Source: a bacterium (GTDB taxonomy: Bacteria; Zixibacteria; MSB-5A5; GN15; FEB-12). From it: a stretch of 64,000 nt of DNA. Both the position numbers and the translations under genes were made by a program. Under the pieces are notes generated by a model. The model was not told the DNA's origin. It was given only the letters and a program-made list of their open reading frames with translations, and ran no database searches. The DNA is taken from positions 104,538 to 168,537 of the forward strand of contig JBDRNJ010000004.1 of NCBI GenBank assembly GCA_043811375.1, read 5' to 3'. Of the stretch, positions 20,012-31,410 are shown piece by piece. The first letter of the stretch is position 1. Every line of letters begins with the position of its first letter.

Positions 20012-22765
20012 ATGATGAAACGGTTTGGCTTTTTTCTTGCCTGCATGCTAATGGTATCGAGTATAGGTGCCGCCATCATCCACGTCCCCGCCGACCTGCC
20101 GACCATCCAGGCCGGGATAGACTCCGCCGTAGAGCACTTTGATACCGTCCTCGTTGCGGACGGCGTATATACCGGCGAGGGTAACCGCGACATCGATTTC
20201 GGCGGCAGGGCCGTCGTGCTTAAGTCCCAGAACGGTCCGGAGTCGACCATTATTGATTGCGAGGGCGACTCCACGAATCCGCACCGTGGGTTTATCTTCG
20301 ATACCGGTGAGGATTTCATGACGGTGGTCCAGGGCTTTACGATTCGCGACGGGCACATGTACTTCGACGACACCACCATCACCTATGGCGGTGGCATACG
20401 CTGCGACTCGACCTCCCCCACCATCGTCGACTGTATCATCGAAGACTGCTGGGCTATGATGGGCGGCGGCATCTCCTGTAACGGCGCCTCACCAAGGCTG
20501 GTTGACTGCATCATCAGGGCCAACTATTGCTACCTGTGGGGCGGTGGCATGCAATGTAGTCAATCATCGCCGGTTCTGTCGGGCTGTCTTTTTCAGAATG
20601 ACACCTCCCGACACTCCGGCGGTGCTATTTACATGCAGGACAACTCTTCCCCAGCCATAACCGATTGCCGTTTCGAGACCAACTTCAGTTGGGGCGGTAC
20701 CGGGGGCATCTACTGCCTGGTGGACTGCTCTCCGACATTTGATGACTGTCTCTTCATCAGCAACACCGGTCATAACAGTCACGGCCTGTCGCTGTATCGC
20801 TCATGCTCATCTGTTCTGACCAACTGCACTTTTTTCGGAGGAGGTATCTACTGCGGACGCGCTTCCTCACCCACTCTGGATAATTGCATCATCGCCTTCA
20901 GCCCGGGGCAAGCCGTCAAGTGCTTATATTACTCCGGCGAGCCATGCTACCCGACACTCACTTGCTGTAACGTCTATGGCAACGCCGGCGGCGACTGGAT
21001 TGATTGCATCGCCGGTCAAGACAACGGCAACGACAATATCTGGGCTGATCCTCTCTTCTGCGATACCGCCGTCGGGGACTATCATATTGACGAGATTTCA
21101 CCGTGCTCTCCTGCCCTCAGCGGCTGCGGCACGCTGATCGGCGCCATGGAGGTGGGCTGTGGAGCACCCGCACGGGTGTGGTTGGTGAATGCCGGTGGCA
21201 CCGGCGATGCGCCCACCATCCAGGCCGCGATTGACTCCTGCTCAACTCTTGATACGGTTCTGCTGGGACCGGGCACCTACTCCGGGACCGGCAATCGTGA
21301 TATGGAGCTGCGCGGCAAGAGCATCATCCTGACTTCTGTCGCCGGCCCCGAACAGACCGTCATCGATTGTGGGGGCAGTGCCTCTGAGGAACACCGGGGG
21401 TTTTATCTGCACCAGGGGGAGGACTCGACCTCCCTCATAGAAGGCTTAAGCGTAGTCAACGGATATTCCGACTCCCAAAACGGCGGTGCGATCTTGTGCG
21501 TCGGCTCCTCCCCCAGCATACGCAACTGTGTTTTTAGAGGCAACCACGCCTACTCGGGCGGCGCCGTTGCCTGCGACGAGCTGCTTTCGCTTCTGCGATT
21601 CGAAACTTGTACGCTCGACAGCAACTCGGCCGGCAACAACGGCGGAGCCATCTTCACCAGCTCGTCCATTGCTCTTGCCAACTGCGTTGTGTCACGCAAT
21701 AGCGCCACGGCTAACGGCGGCGCCATACATTTCTACAGCAACGACACCACTATGTACAGCTCTGACACATCCTACCTGACCTTCTGCATCTTCGATGACA
21801 ACCACGCCGGCAGCAACGGCGGGGCGCTGTATATGGCAAATGCCTCTCCCTATGCCAGGAACTGCACCTTTTACGGCCACAGCAACAGCTACGGCGGCAC
21901 CGTTACCATCGCCTCCTACTGCTCACCGTTTTTTGACCGGTGCCTCATCGCCTTTAACGAAGGACCCGCAGCGGTGGCATGCCTCTCCGCTTATGCCAAC
22001 CCTTACTTTTGGTTGTCTGATATATACGGCAACTCGGGTGGTGACTGGGCCGACTGCATTGCGGATCAGTATGGCGCCAACTGCAACTTCTCGGCTGACC
22101 CCTGGTTCTGCGACACTGCCGCCGGTGACTTCCGACTCTTCGAGAACTCCCCCTGCGCGCCGGAGTACAACGTCTGTGATTCCCTGGTCGGTGCCTTTGG
22201 CGTCGGTTGTTCCGGCGAGATGTCCACTATTGAACCGGACTTGATGCAACTCCCTCTTCAGGGTTTGCGGTTCACGGAGATGGCAACCGTGCGTCTGGGT
22301 AATCTCCAGGACGGATACGTCGCCGGTGATATCGATCCCTCGTCGGTGCTGGTCAACACGACCATCGTGCCTACTGACTGGGAGGTGTTGCCGTCACACC
22401 CGGATTTCGGTGGTGAGGTCTTCCAGGTCACTTTCCCCGTTGAAGATTTCCTTATCACTTATGGGTTGCAGATGGATACAACCGTCCATATACACAACGT
22501 GTCCGGCGAATACAACGACCAGAGCAGCTTCTCCGTCGACGGGACCGTTACCATCGTCGGCCACATTACCGGCGATATGGACGATAACGGTTCCATAGAC
22601 GTTGGCGACCTGACATATCTGGTAGCCTTCCTGTTCCAGAGCGGTCCTCCACCGCCGGTGCCGGCGGCCGGCGACATTGACGGATCGGGCAGCATTGACG
22701 TCGGTGACCTGACCTATCTTGTTGCCTATTTGTTTCAGGGCGGACCGGCACTGCTGCGCCCCTAG
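20012..22765 (+). CDS. secreted right-handed beta-helix protein (two tandem units) with dockerin-like C-terminus
   Basis: IHVPADLPTIQAGID / APTIQAAID duplication, GGAI repeats, dockerin-like pair. Confidence 0.85.
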   Translation: MMKRFGFFLACMLMVSSIGAAIIHVPADLPTIQAGIDSAVEHFDTVLVADGVYTGEGNRDIDFGGRAVVLKSQNGPESTIIDCEGDSTNPHRGFIFDTGEDFMTVVQGFTIRDGHMYFDDTTITYGGGIRCDSTSPTIVDCIIEDCWAMMGGGISCNGASPRLVDCIIRANYCYLWGGGMQCSQSSPVLSGCLFQNDTSRHSGGAIYMQDNSSPAITDCRFETNFSWGGTGGIYCLVDCSPTFDDCLFISNTGHNSHGLSLYRSCSSVLTNCTFFGGGIYCGRASSPTLDNCIIAFSPGQAVKCLYYSGEPCYPTLTCCNVYGNAGGDWIDCIAGQDNGNDNIWADPLFCDTAVGDYHIDEISPCSPALSGCGTLIGAMEVGCGAPARVWLVNAGGTGDAPTIQAAIDSCSTLDTVLLGPGTYSGTGNRDMELRGKSIILTSVAGPEQTVIDCGGSASEEHRGFYLHQGEDSTSLIEGLSVVNGYSDSQNGGAILCVGSSPSIRNCVFRGNHAYSGGAVACDELLSLLRFETCTLDSNSAGNNGGAIFTSSSIALANCVVSRNSATANGGAIHFYSNDTTMYSSDTSYLTFCIFDDNHAGSNGGALYMANASPYARNCTFYGHSNSYGGTVTIASYCSPFFDRCLIAFNEGPAAVACLSAYANPYFWLSDIYGNSGGDWADCIADQYGANCNFSADPWFCDTAAGDFRLFENSPCAPEYNVCDSLVGAFGVGCSGEMSTIEPDLMQLPLQGLRFTEMATVRLGNLQDGYVAGDIDPSSVLVNTTIVPTDWEVLPSHPDFGGEVFQVTFPVEDFLITYGLQMDTTVHIHNVSGEYNDQSSFSVDGTVTIVGHITGDMDDNGSIDVGDLTYLVAFLFQSGPPPPVPAAGDIDGSGSIDVGDLTYLVAYLFQGGPALLRP

Positions 22766-22800
22766 AACGATATTGAACTCATGGAGATCGGAGGAATATC

Positions 22801-23568
22801 ATGCGGCTTGTAACTGTACTAACGATGTCACTGGTTGTGTTCGCAACCACGGCAAAGGCTGAAAACGCCATATCTCTGTCTGAAGTCGTCTCTTCGGGCG
22901 GCAGCCATATCACTATCGGCAGTCCGGCAGAGTTTCGTCTGCGAGTGCAGATTGACACCAGCCATACCGGTGGTCTGTTTGCCTACAACAATGCTTTCCG
23001 TCTCTACTCACCTGACGGCGCCTACTGGGATACAACCTACGGACAGTATCTTCCGGGATGGCTGCCTTTCGGGGACCGGTCGATCTCTCACTCGGGAACG
23101 GACGGAATCGGCGCTGACACAGTATCTTTCTATGGTGAAGACTCGGCGGGAGGATTCTGGATTGTCTACGATCATGTAGCCTGGAGCATCACGATTGAAA
23201 TACCGGATGACCATTCTGTTCTGGGCAAAACGATCTGTCTGGATTCGGTGGCGGATACGATGGTGCACTGGCCCTGGTCGACCTGGGCGTGGACCACCCT
23301 GACTGAACGCTATGCTCCGACCTGGGATGGTCCTCATTGTTTCACTATCGGTGGCTGCTGTGATTTGAGAGGCGATGTCGACAACAACGGTACCCTGGAC
23401 ATCGGCGATATAACGTACAAAGTCGCCTGGCTGTTTCAGGGAGGACCTCCGCCGCCGTGCATTGACGAAGCCGATGACAACGGGGACGGTACGGTTGACG
23501 TGGGCGACCTTGTGTACGAAATCGGATTCTACTTTCAGGGTGGTCCACCACCCGTACCATGCCCTTAA
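22801..23568 (+). CDS. secreted protein with dockerin-like C-terminus
   Basis: Signal peptide, SD GGAGG, CCDLRGDVDNNGTLDIGD...GGPPPPC. Confidence 0.8.
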   Translation: MRLVTVLTMSLVVFATTAKAENAISLSEVVSSGGSHITIGSPAEFRLRVQIDTSHTGGLFAYNNAFRLYSPDGAYWDTTYGQYLPGWLPFGDRSISHSGTDGIGADTVSFYGEDSAGGFWIVYDHVAWSITIEIPDDHSVLGKTICLDSVADTMVHWPWSTWAWTTLTERYAPTWDGPHCFTIGGCCDLRGDVDNNGTLDIGDITYKVAWLFQGGPPPPCIDEADDNGDGTVDVGDLVYEIGFYFQGGPPPVPCP

Positions 23569-23593
23569 GCTTCAAGCAACTGCGGCGTCTCCG

Positions 23594-25870
23594 TCAAACC
23601 GGCGCTACGGCCAGCATGTATTGCAGCAGTTGTAGGGCTCCCTCTTTGCCGCCCGGCCCGACTTCCATAGGTGGGCCGACACAGGTAGGGCAACCGTCGG
23701 CACAAAGACAACTTTTGATATGATCCCGGCAGGATTCGAAAAGAGGGATATGCTCGGTGAACAATTTCTCTGACAGTCCCACACCGCCGGGGATGTTCTC
23801 GTAGATGTAGACCGTCGGTCGCTCCGTGAACGGCGCCCGCACCTGTGATATCGAGCGCAGGTCACGCTGGTCACACATCACCCACAGGGGAGCAATCTTG
23901 CCCAGTATATTGGCCAGTCCTCGCAGTGAACCTCCAAACCGGGCGCCCTCGATCTTGAGCCGAAAACCAATATCACCCGGGAAAGAAAACCAGAAGGCAC
24001 TGGTGTGCATTTCCATTTCCGGCATGGTAAGGTCACCCGAACCGACGTTCTCGTGGGTGCGGAACTTCACTTTCTTGAACATCACCGTGACGTTGGTAGT
24101 CGAGACTTCGCCACAGGCCATCTCAGCCTCACCGTAAGAAGTACTTTGGTTTACCTGAAGTACCTTCAGGTCCGTCTTGGTCTCAGCATCAGTGTAGTAG
24201 TCGACATCGACTTCCTTGACATACGCCTTCTTGCCCTCCCAGTCCAGCCGTGTCACCTGGTACTGCTCGGCCCGGTGGAGGTAAATGGCTTCCGGATGCA
24301 GGAAGATCGGCGCCTAGAAGTAGTCCACTTCGCCGATCACTTCATGATTTTTACTTTCGTTGAGGATGACAAAATTGTTCGGCGATGCCGACCGCAGTGA
24401 AATCTGTCCGGCCGGATAGATTTCGGACGACCAGTGGTAACGATCACTGGTCCTGCGCACCACCCGGGCATCTTCCAGATAATCCAGTATCTCTCGAGTG
24501 CCGTCGGATGAACCGTATTCTGTCTCGTCGAACGGCAATTCAAAAGCGGCGCACTTCATGTGGTTGGTGCGAATAATCAGGTTGTCCGGATCGATAATGC
24601 CGGACTCGGGGGTACGCTCGAAGATATATTTCGGCTGGGCGCACAGGAACTGGTTGATGGGAGTGGAACTGGCGATCAGGATCGTCAGGGACGTGGAAGT
24701 GTTTCGACCCGCTCGCCCGGCCTGTTGCCACAACGATGCAATCGATCCGGGATAACCCATGATAATCGACACGTCCAAACCGCCGACGTCGATACCCAGC
24801 TCCAGGGCGTTGGTCGACACCACGCCGGTAATGCTGCCGTCGCGCAGACCGGCTTCGATACGCCGACGTTCGTTGGGTAGATAACCTCCCCGGTAACCGG
24901 CGATGTTGATGCCCCGGTCGTATTCCCCCTTCAATTCACGCTGCAAGTAAGTCAGCAGCACCTCGACATAGAGACGAAAGTGCGCAAAAACAATTGTCTG
25001 TATCCGGTGTCGGAGAAATCCGGCCGCCAGCCGCGAGGCTTCGTTGATGACCGACTTTCTGATACCGAGTTGTTGATTGATAACCGGCGGGTTGTAAATG
25101 AGAAAATGTTTTTCGCCGGATGGCGCGCCATTGGTATTGATTAGTTTCACCGGGCGGTCGATTATCTTCCGGGTCAATTCATCGGGGTTGGCGATGGTTG
25201 CCGAACAACAGATGAAAATCGGGTCCGAACCGTAGAAGCGGCAGATACGTGTCAGCCGCCTGATCACGTTGGCCAGGTGCGAACCGAACACACCGCGATA
25301 TTGATGCACCTCATCGATAACAACGTACTTGAGGTTCTCAAAGAGCTTGATCCACTTGGTGTGGTGGGGGAGGATACCGGTATGCAGCATGTCCGGGTTG
25401 GTGATGACAATGTGCCCGGCTGATCGAATCAGCCGCTGCGCCGTGTGAGGCGTGTCACCATCGAAAGTATACGTCTTGACGTCAACGTCTAATTTCTGTA
25501 TCAGGCCGTACAGTTCGCTCAACTGGTCCTGGGCCAGAGCCTTGGTGGGAAAGAGGTATAAGGCCCTGGTGTTGCGGTCTTTCAGCGTGCGATCCAGCAC
25601 CGGCAGGTTGTAACACAGCGTCTTGCCGGATGCCGTGGGTGTGACGACTACTACGTGGTGACTGGCCAACACGGCTTCAACCGCCTCAGCCTGGTGCGAA
25701 TACAGGCGGGTAATACCGCGCTGATGCATCACCGCCGTCAACCGCTGATCCAGTGCGGGCGGGAAATCTACCCAGACGGCCGGGCGGGGTGAATATGATT
25801 TCCAGTGCGCGATATTGCGGCGGATGCCCGCATCGTTCTTCAGCAAATCAATAATCTGATCAAGATTCAC
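23594..25870 (-). pseudogene. MrfA/Hrq1-type DEAD/DEAH helicase with DUF1998, split by one in-frame TAG at 24314-24316
   Basis: TASGKT, DEVH, QQAGRAGR, CLCADGCPTC; both ORFs are in one frame and read GEVDYF*APIFLHPEAIYLH. Confidence 0.85.
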
Positions 25871-25896
25871 AGGTCAGTTTCTTTCGTGTTCCGGCA

Positions 25897-26439
25897 TCAA
25901 ACAACCTCTGTCAGGCGGCGTTTACAGATGTCGCAGAACTTTTCACCCTTGTTATCGATATCCAGCATAACCTGGCTGTAATAGTTGACACATCTCGGGT
26001 TGCGGCACTCCGACAACTCAAACAGGTGCGCCGCCCGGTGCACGGCCTCCTTGAATAATCGCGGGTAGATCTTGCTGTCATCCTCCGGCAGTCCATAGAA
26101 CTCCAGCCGAATATGAAATAACGAGATCACAGCCGTTCCCGACAGTGTGTCGGCATGTCCCAGGACATAGTTGTCTTCGGGAAGGTACAGGTCGTCTTCA
26201 CAGACGGCTATCACTTTTTCACGGTTATTGGCCCGAGCCCGTTCCAGTTTAGCCAGCACTACCTGGGCGTAGTACTGGTTGCGGACAACGTTGTGCGCCT
26301 CGGCCGGCAGCTTCATACCCTTAAGAATGTCCACCGAACGGTCAAAAACCGGTCCCAAATCAGTAGCCAGCCGATTGACCAGCATGAAATCAACCTCGCC
26401 TAACGGCACCACGACAATTTTTGACTTGAGCAAGGCCAT
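25897..26439 (-). CDS. archaemetzincin (peptidase M54)-like protein with altered active site
   Basis: RNQYYA, KEAVHRAAH, CRNPRCV, FCDIC. Confidence 0.75.
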   Translation of the reverse strand: MALLKSKIVVVPLGEVDFMLVNRLATDLGPVFDRSVDILKGMKLPAEAHNVVRNQYYAQVVLAKLERARANNREKVIAVCEDDLYLPEDNYVLGHADTLSGTAVISLFHIRLEFYGLPEDDSKIYPRLFKEAVHRAAHLFELSECRNPRCVNYYSQVMLDIDNKGEKFCDICKRRLTEVV

Positions 26440-26455
26440 ATTATATCACCAGCAG

Positions 26456-26650
26456 TTACCGTCCGGCGGTAAAAAAGCGAGCATCGGACCCCACCGGGGA
26501 CACCCTGACTTCCACTCCGGCGGCGCAACGGGGACACCAGCCGACAAAAGCCGTCCCTTTTTTGTTGAGGTAGATGCGTGAGTACACATTGCAGCACTTG
26601 AAGTGCATTCCCAAAAAAGGACGCCGTGATTTTGTCGTTTTATTCACCAT
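26456..26650 (-). CDS. small Cys-rich conserved hypothetical protein
   Basis: FLGMHFKCCNVYSRIY...GWCPRC. Confidence 0.65.
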   Translation of the reverse strand: MVNKTTKSRRPFLGMHFKCCNVYSRIYLNKKGTAFVGWCPRCAAGVEVRVSPVGSDARFFTAGR

Positions 26651-26761
26651 AGGGACAAGAAGAAAATACACTGTCGAACCGGTTAAGGCAACCGCAGAAT
26701 CCTGAAGCAGCCCGGCATCGGCATTTGATCAAACTATGGCCGCCGTCATTGAGAGGATAAC

Positions 26762-27430
26762 CTATCGGTCGATCTCCTGCATTATTTCCACCGAAACTGA
26801 GCTTCCCAGCCGAGTAGCTCCGGCCCGAAGCAACTCAAGACACTGCTTCAGCGTGCGGATGCCACCCGAGGCCTTGACTTCGATTTGTCCCCCGGCCGCC
26901 GCAAACAGTGTCTGCACCTGTTCTACCGTGGCGCCGCCGAAGAAGCCGGTACAGGTCTTGACGAACTGGCCGCCACCGTTAATGACCGCGGCGGTAGCCG
27001 CCACCTGCTGTTGTTGTGTCAGACAACCGGCTTCAATGATCACTTTCAGGATCACATTATGCGGCAGAACTGAGCGTACCTCGGCAATCTCCTGTTCGAC
27101 CCGGCCGAAGTTGTTTTCGACAAGCCAGCCGATGTTGGCCACCATATCGATTTCATGAGCGCCATCACCAATGCCTTTGACCGCCTCGGCAACTTTGATG
27201 TCGGTTCGGCCGGCTCCCAGGGGAAAACCTGACACCGTCAGTATCCTGACGTCGCTACTGCGCAATTCGTTTCCAGCCAGCGGTACCCACGCCGGATTGA
27301 CTGCCACCGAGAAGAACCGGTACCGTCGCGCCTCATCACAGAGATTGCGAATCGTCATCTCACCGACGTCCGGCTTCAGTGCGGCATGGTCAAAACGGAG
27401 GTTGATATTTTCAAGCATGCTGTCGTTCAT
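26762..27430 (-). CDS. deoC: deoxyribose-phosphate aldolase
   Basis: GFPLG, EIDMV, LKVIIE, FVKTCTG, KASGGIR. Confidence 0.95.
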   Translation of the reverse strand: MNDSMLENINLRFDHAALKPDVGEMTIRNLCDEARRYRFFSVAVNPAWVPLAGNELRSSDVRILTVSGFPLGAGRTDIKVAEAVKGIGDGAHEIDMVANIGWLVENNFGRVEQEIAEVRSVLPHNVILKVIIEAGCLTQQQQVAATAAVINGGGQFVKTCTGFFGGATVEQVQTLFAAAGGQIEVKASGGIRTLKQCLELLRAGATRLGSSVSVEIMQEIDR

Positions 27431-27643
27431 GATGTCGTAATTAGCCGCTATATCGATGAACTGCAAACAACAAAAATCGAATTCATGGATTCGGTACGGC
27501 TGGGACGGGTCGCCATCCAACCAGGCCATACTCCGCAAGTCGTTGATAAGAATAGGCTTGACGGTAGAGCTGAAACTTCGTATGTTTCCGTTGTACAACG
27601 GTCTGTTGAACCAACAATGTCCAATTCCAGAGTCGGGAGAACC

Positions 27644-30600
27644 ATGATGAAAAACCTGATGCTCGGTCTGCTGCTTTCGTGTATGCTGGCCGTTTCGTTA
27701 CCGACGGCGGCCCTGGCATATTTCCAACCCCAGGTAGATGATCAATCGGCCCCGGTCACTCAACTTGTTGTTAAGCTGCGACCGGATATTTCAGCAGCGC
27801 TCAGCCACGACCGCAGCGGGACCGGCTTCACCGGCGTAGCCTCATTTGACGCCATCAGCCGCAAACATGACGTCAGGAAACTTGCCTGGCTTCATTCGGC
27901 TGTTCGGGACCAGCCATCCACTCATCCTTTGCACAATGTATTGGTGGTGGAGCTTCCCGATGGGTCCGACTTAGATCAACTCGTGGCCGACTATGCCGAT
28001 CTGGACGCTGTGGCCTACGCCCATCCTGACTGGCCGGCCCAACTGTACCAGGCGCCGAATGACCCGTTGTACCCGCATCAGTGGGCGCTGAACAACACCG
28101 GCCAGGGCTATTATCACGTCTGGCGACGGGAAGGAACCTACGACACCCTGGTTTTGGAGTATGGTACACCCGACGCCGATATCGACGCCCAGGAGGTGTT
28201 TGACAACCCTCCCGACAACACCCTCACGGTAACTGTGGCTATTATCGATACCGGCATCGACCCGGGTCATCCCGATCTGGTCGGACGTGTCATTGTCAAC
28301 CCGGGTGAAATCGCCGACAACGGCATCGACGACGACCACAACGGTTACATCGATGACGTTTCCGGCTGGGACTTTTGTGGGGGATCGACCGGGAATATAG
28401 TTGACGACAATGACCCCACTGACGATCACGGCCACGGCACTCACTGCGCCGGCATAGTGGCCGCCGTAGCCGATAACACCGAGGGTATTGCCGGCCTCAA
28501 CAGTGACGTTCGCATCATGCCGCTCAAGTTTTCGCCGATCATGCTGTCCACGCTGGGCGCCCGGGCGATTGTCTACGCGGCCGACAACGGCGCCGACGTC
28601 ATCAGCATGAGCTGGGGCTATCCCTGGCCGGTGCAGTTACTGGACGATGTTCTGGCCTATGCCCGGTCGAAGGGAGTGATACTCTGTGCGGCATCCGGCA
28701 ACGACTTCATAGAGTTTTCCAATTACCCGGCCGCCTCGCCGGGAGTTATCACCGTAGGCGCTACCAGCAGCCTCGATCAGGTGACCGAGTTTTCGACTTA
28801 TGGTAACCATCTGGAAATATCCGCGCCGGGATTGTCTATTCTCTCCCTGCGCGCCGCCGGTACTGACATGTATGGCAATGGCGTACACATTGTTGCCGAC
28901 AACTACTATCTGGCCTCCGGGACCAGTATGGCCTGTCCGCACGTGGCCGGAGTGGCGGCTATGCTGCGAGCCGTCTCCCCCGGCTTAACGCCGGACTCGG
29001 CTCAGGAGATACTTGAAACATCGGCTGACGACATAATCGATCCGTATGGCTTGGGCGAAAACTACCCCGGCTGGGACATCTATAGCGGCCACGGTCGTCT
29101 CAACTTCCACCAGGCTCTCAATAGCGCTCCGGCGGTGCGAGCTAAAATCGAGTCACCACTCCCCAATCAGTTGGTGTCCGGTACTATCGACATCTCCGGT
29201 GTAGCCGACGGCAGCAGTTTTCCCGGATATGTCATTGAGTACGGTTGGGGACCGACCCCGACCGAATGGCAGCAGATATACTCGTCCGCAAACCCGGTCA
29301 CCGGCGGCACCCTGGCCCAGTGGGTTACCGACACTCTCGACGGTCAGTACACTATCCGTCTGCAGGTGGGCTCGGCAAACATATCATCCGTAACTATCTA
29401 TATCGTCAACAGCACCACCGCCGCCATTGCAACACCGGCTGCCGGCGACACGGTGGTGATGGCAGCGATTGTCAGCGGTACCGCCAGCGCGCCTGATTTC
29501 GGCTACTACCTGGCCGAGTATGGCGCCGGCACCTCGCCGTCCGCATGGAATATGATCTGCCAGGTGAGCCTGCCGGTCGTGAATGGTGAGTTGATCGAGT
29601 GGAATACCGGCGGCCTGGATGACGGCTGGTACACTCTGCGTCTTTCGGTCTATTCCTTGGGTGGCTTACTCGTTGCTGCAGATTCGCTGCCCGTCTATGT
29701 ACGCTCACCCTTTTCCGGCGACAACGGCTGGCGGCTTTCGTACGATGATATACCGAGTGTGATTATCAACTACGGCGACTTCGACAATGACGGTGCCAAC
29801 GAAATTGTGATCGCTACCAGTGACACCCTACGTTTCGTGAACCCGGATGGTTCGCCCAAGACCTCCGGCGTTCCGGCTGTCGCCAACTACGATTTTCGGA
29901 TTCCACCCGCGGTCGGTGATCTGGACGGCGACGGTGTGGACGACCTGGTGGCTGTTGGTGTTCCCATCGGCGGCGGTACCTACGCCCATCTGATGGGTTT
30001 CCCATCCACAGAACCCGCTTTCGATATTGAGACGCCCGACTTCCCGTCCAACCTGACCAGCTTGTGGAGTGATGACTATAACGGACCCTACGTCTCTCTG
30101 CGGGACATCGACGGCGACGGCCGAGACGAGATATGTTACTATCCTATGCATCAGGCTAATCCCGACCCGCATGCTTACTTTATCTACAACTCCGATGGCT
30201 CCTTCAGAGTGGCCATGCCGCCGGCCAGCCATCCCGACTCCGGCTGCTACTGCTATTTTGTCTCCGCCGACCTTGACGGCAACGGCACAGACGAGTTCTA
30301 TTTCAGTCGTTCCTCTCACGTCTATGCCGATAGCGCTTTCTGCATGGTCTATCAGACTGATCTTTCAGGGAATGTCCTGGACAGCACCGACCTCAATCTG
30401 GGGCCGACTGATGAGTTCCGCGCCGAGAACCTGTCGGCAGTCGACATGGATGGCGACGGCAAACTGGAGTTGATTGTTCTTGGCCATATGTACACCGGGC
30501 TGGAGCAGTGGTGGACCTACGCCTTTGATGAGGACCTGGTTCTCAAGCCCGGCTGGCCGCACAGCACCGGGATAGACATGTTCCTGATTCCGACGGTTCC

Positions 30601-31342
30601 CCGTTTCGTCGACCTGGACCTTGACGGCAGTCTGGAGTATGTCATGACAGTGTATGAGTTGAGCGCCGGCCAGGTCTTCGCCTGGCGTATCGACGGCACC
30701 AGCTACCTGGGTGACTCAACCAACGCCTTGCTGGCCGCGACGCCCAATCCCGCCAAGCTCTACACCCCCGTTGTGGCTGATATGAACGGCGACTGGTATC
30801 CGGACATCGTCGCCAATGCCGAGCCGGACATCTTCTGCACTTATGATCAGGAGAGAACAGTGGCCTGGGATTATAACGGAGAGGTGCTGTCCGGATGGCC
30901 GCTGGTCACCGTAGCCGACGGCTCCTCCTGCTTCGAAAACCGTCGCAATGTTCCGGCGGTAGGCGACATTAACCAGGACGGATATGTAGATCTCGTAACC
31001 GCCACCGGAAGCCAGGAAGTCATCTTCATGAATTACGAGGGCATTCCGTATCATGCCGCCTCATCACCGGCGCCGTTCTGGAAGTACAACCGTCGCATGA
31101 ACAGTGTCGGTCCGGTAGCGGATACCGGGCTGATCTGCGGAGATGTCGACGGCAGCGGCATCAGCCCCGATGTCAGTGACCTGACCTACCTGGTAGCCTA
31201 TATTTTCCAGGGTGGAGCACCGCCTCCAGTGCTGGAAATGGCCGACGTGGTCGAATATGACGGCATCAACGTCGGCGACCTGACCTACCTGATCGCCTAC
31301 CTTTTCCAGGGCGGACCCGAACCGGATTGCCCGACTCCATAG
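27644..31342 (+). CDS. secreted S8 serine peptidase with FG-GAP repeats and dockerin-like tail
   Basis: IIDTG, HGTHCAG, GTSMACP triad; DLDGDG repeats; start moved to MMKNL after GGGAG. Confidence 0.92.
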   Translation: MMKNLMLGLLLSCMLAVSLPTAALAYFQPQVDDQSAPVTQLVVKLRPDISAALSHDRSGTGFTGVASFDAISRKHDVRKLAWLHSAVRDQPSTHPLHNVLVVELPDGSDLDQLVADYADLDAVAYAHPDWPAQLYQAPNDPLYPHQWALNNTGQGYYHVWRREGTYDTLVLEYGTPDADIDAQEVFDNPPDNTLTVTVAIIDTGIDPGHPDLVGRVIVNPGEIADNGIDDDHNGYIDDVSGWDFCGGSTGNIVDDNDPTDDHGHGTHCAGIVAAVADNTEGIAGLNSDVRIMPLKFSPIMLSTLGARAIVYAADNGADVISMSWGYPWPVQLLDDVLAYARSKGVILCAASGNDFIEFSNYPAASPGVITVGATSSLDQVTEFSTYGNHLEISAPGLSILSLRAAGTDMYGNGVHIVADNYYLASGTSMACPHVAGVAAMLRAVSPGLTPDSAQEILETSADDIIDPYGLGENYPGWDIYSGHGRLNFHQALNSAPAVRAKIESPLPNQLVSGTIDISGVADGSSFPGYVIEYGWGPTPTEWQQIYSSANPVTGGTLAQWVTDTLDGQYTIRLQVGSANISSVTIYIVNSTTAAIATPAAGDTVVMAAIVSGTASAPDFGYYLAEYGAGTSPSAWNMICQVSLPVVNGELIEWNTGGLDDGWYTLRLSVYSLGGLLVAADSLPVYVRSPFSGDNGWRLSYDDIPSVIINYGDFDNDGANEIVIATSDTLRFVNPDGSPKTSGVPAVANYDFRIPPAVGDLDGDGVDDLVAVGVPIGGGTYAHLMGFPSTEPAFDIETPDFPSNLTSLWSDDYNGPYVSLRDIDGDGRDEICYYPMHQANPDPHAYFIYNSDGSFRVAMPPASHPDSGCYCYFVSADLDGNGTDEFYFSRSSHVYADSAFCMVYQTDLSGNVLDSTDLNLGPTDEFRAENLSAVDMDGDGKLELIVLGHMYTGLEQWWTYAFDEDLVLKPGWPHSTGIDMFLIPTVPRFVDLDLDGSLEYVMTVYELSAGQVFAWRIDGTSYLGDSTNALLAATPNPAKLYTPVVADMNGDWYPDIVANAEPDIFCTYDQERTVAWDYNGEVLSGWPLVTVADGSSCFENRRNVPAVGDINQDGYVDLVTATGSQEVIFMNYEGIPYHAASSPAPFWKYNRRMNSVGPVADTGLICGDVDGSGISPDVSDLTYLVAYIFQGGAPPPVLEMADVVEYDGINVGDLTYLIAYLFQGGPEPDCPTP

Positions 31343-31346
31343 ATAA

Positions 31347-31380
31347 AGGCGGCGGACCTCAAAGATGAGGTTCGCCGCCC
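31347..31380. terminator. hairpin between convergent genes, probable terminator
   Basis: GGCGGCGGACCTC-AAAGAT-GAGGTTCGCCGCC. Confidence 0.6.
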
Positions 31381-31410
31381 GTTTCGCTATCTTTGTGGTT
31401 CGCAGCGTCG

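Noticed and set aside
27386..27643. N-terminal extension of the S8 ORF and 5' extension of deoC
   Set aside because: The extensions overlap each other; signal peptide and SD support 27644, and deoC similarity starts near 27430
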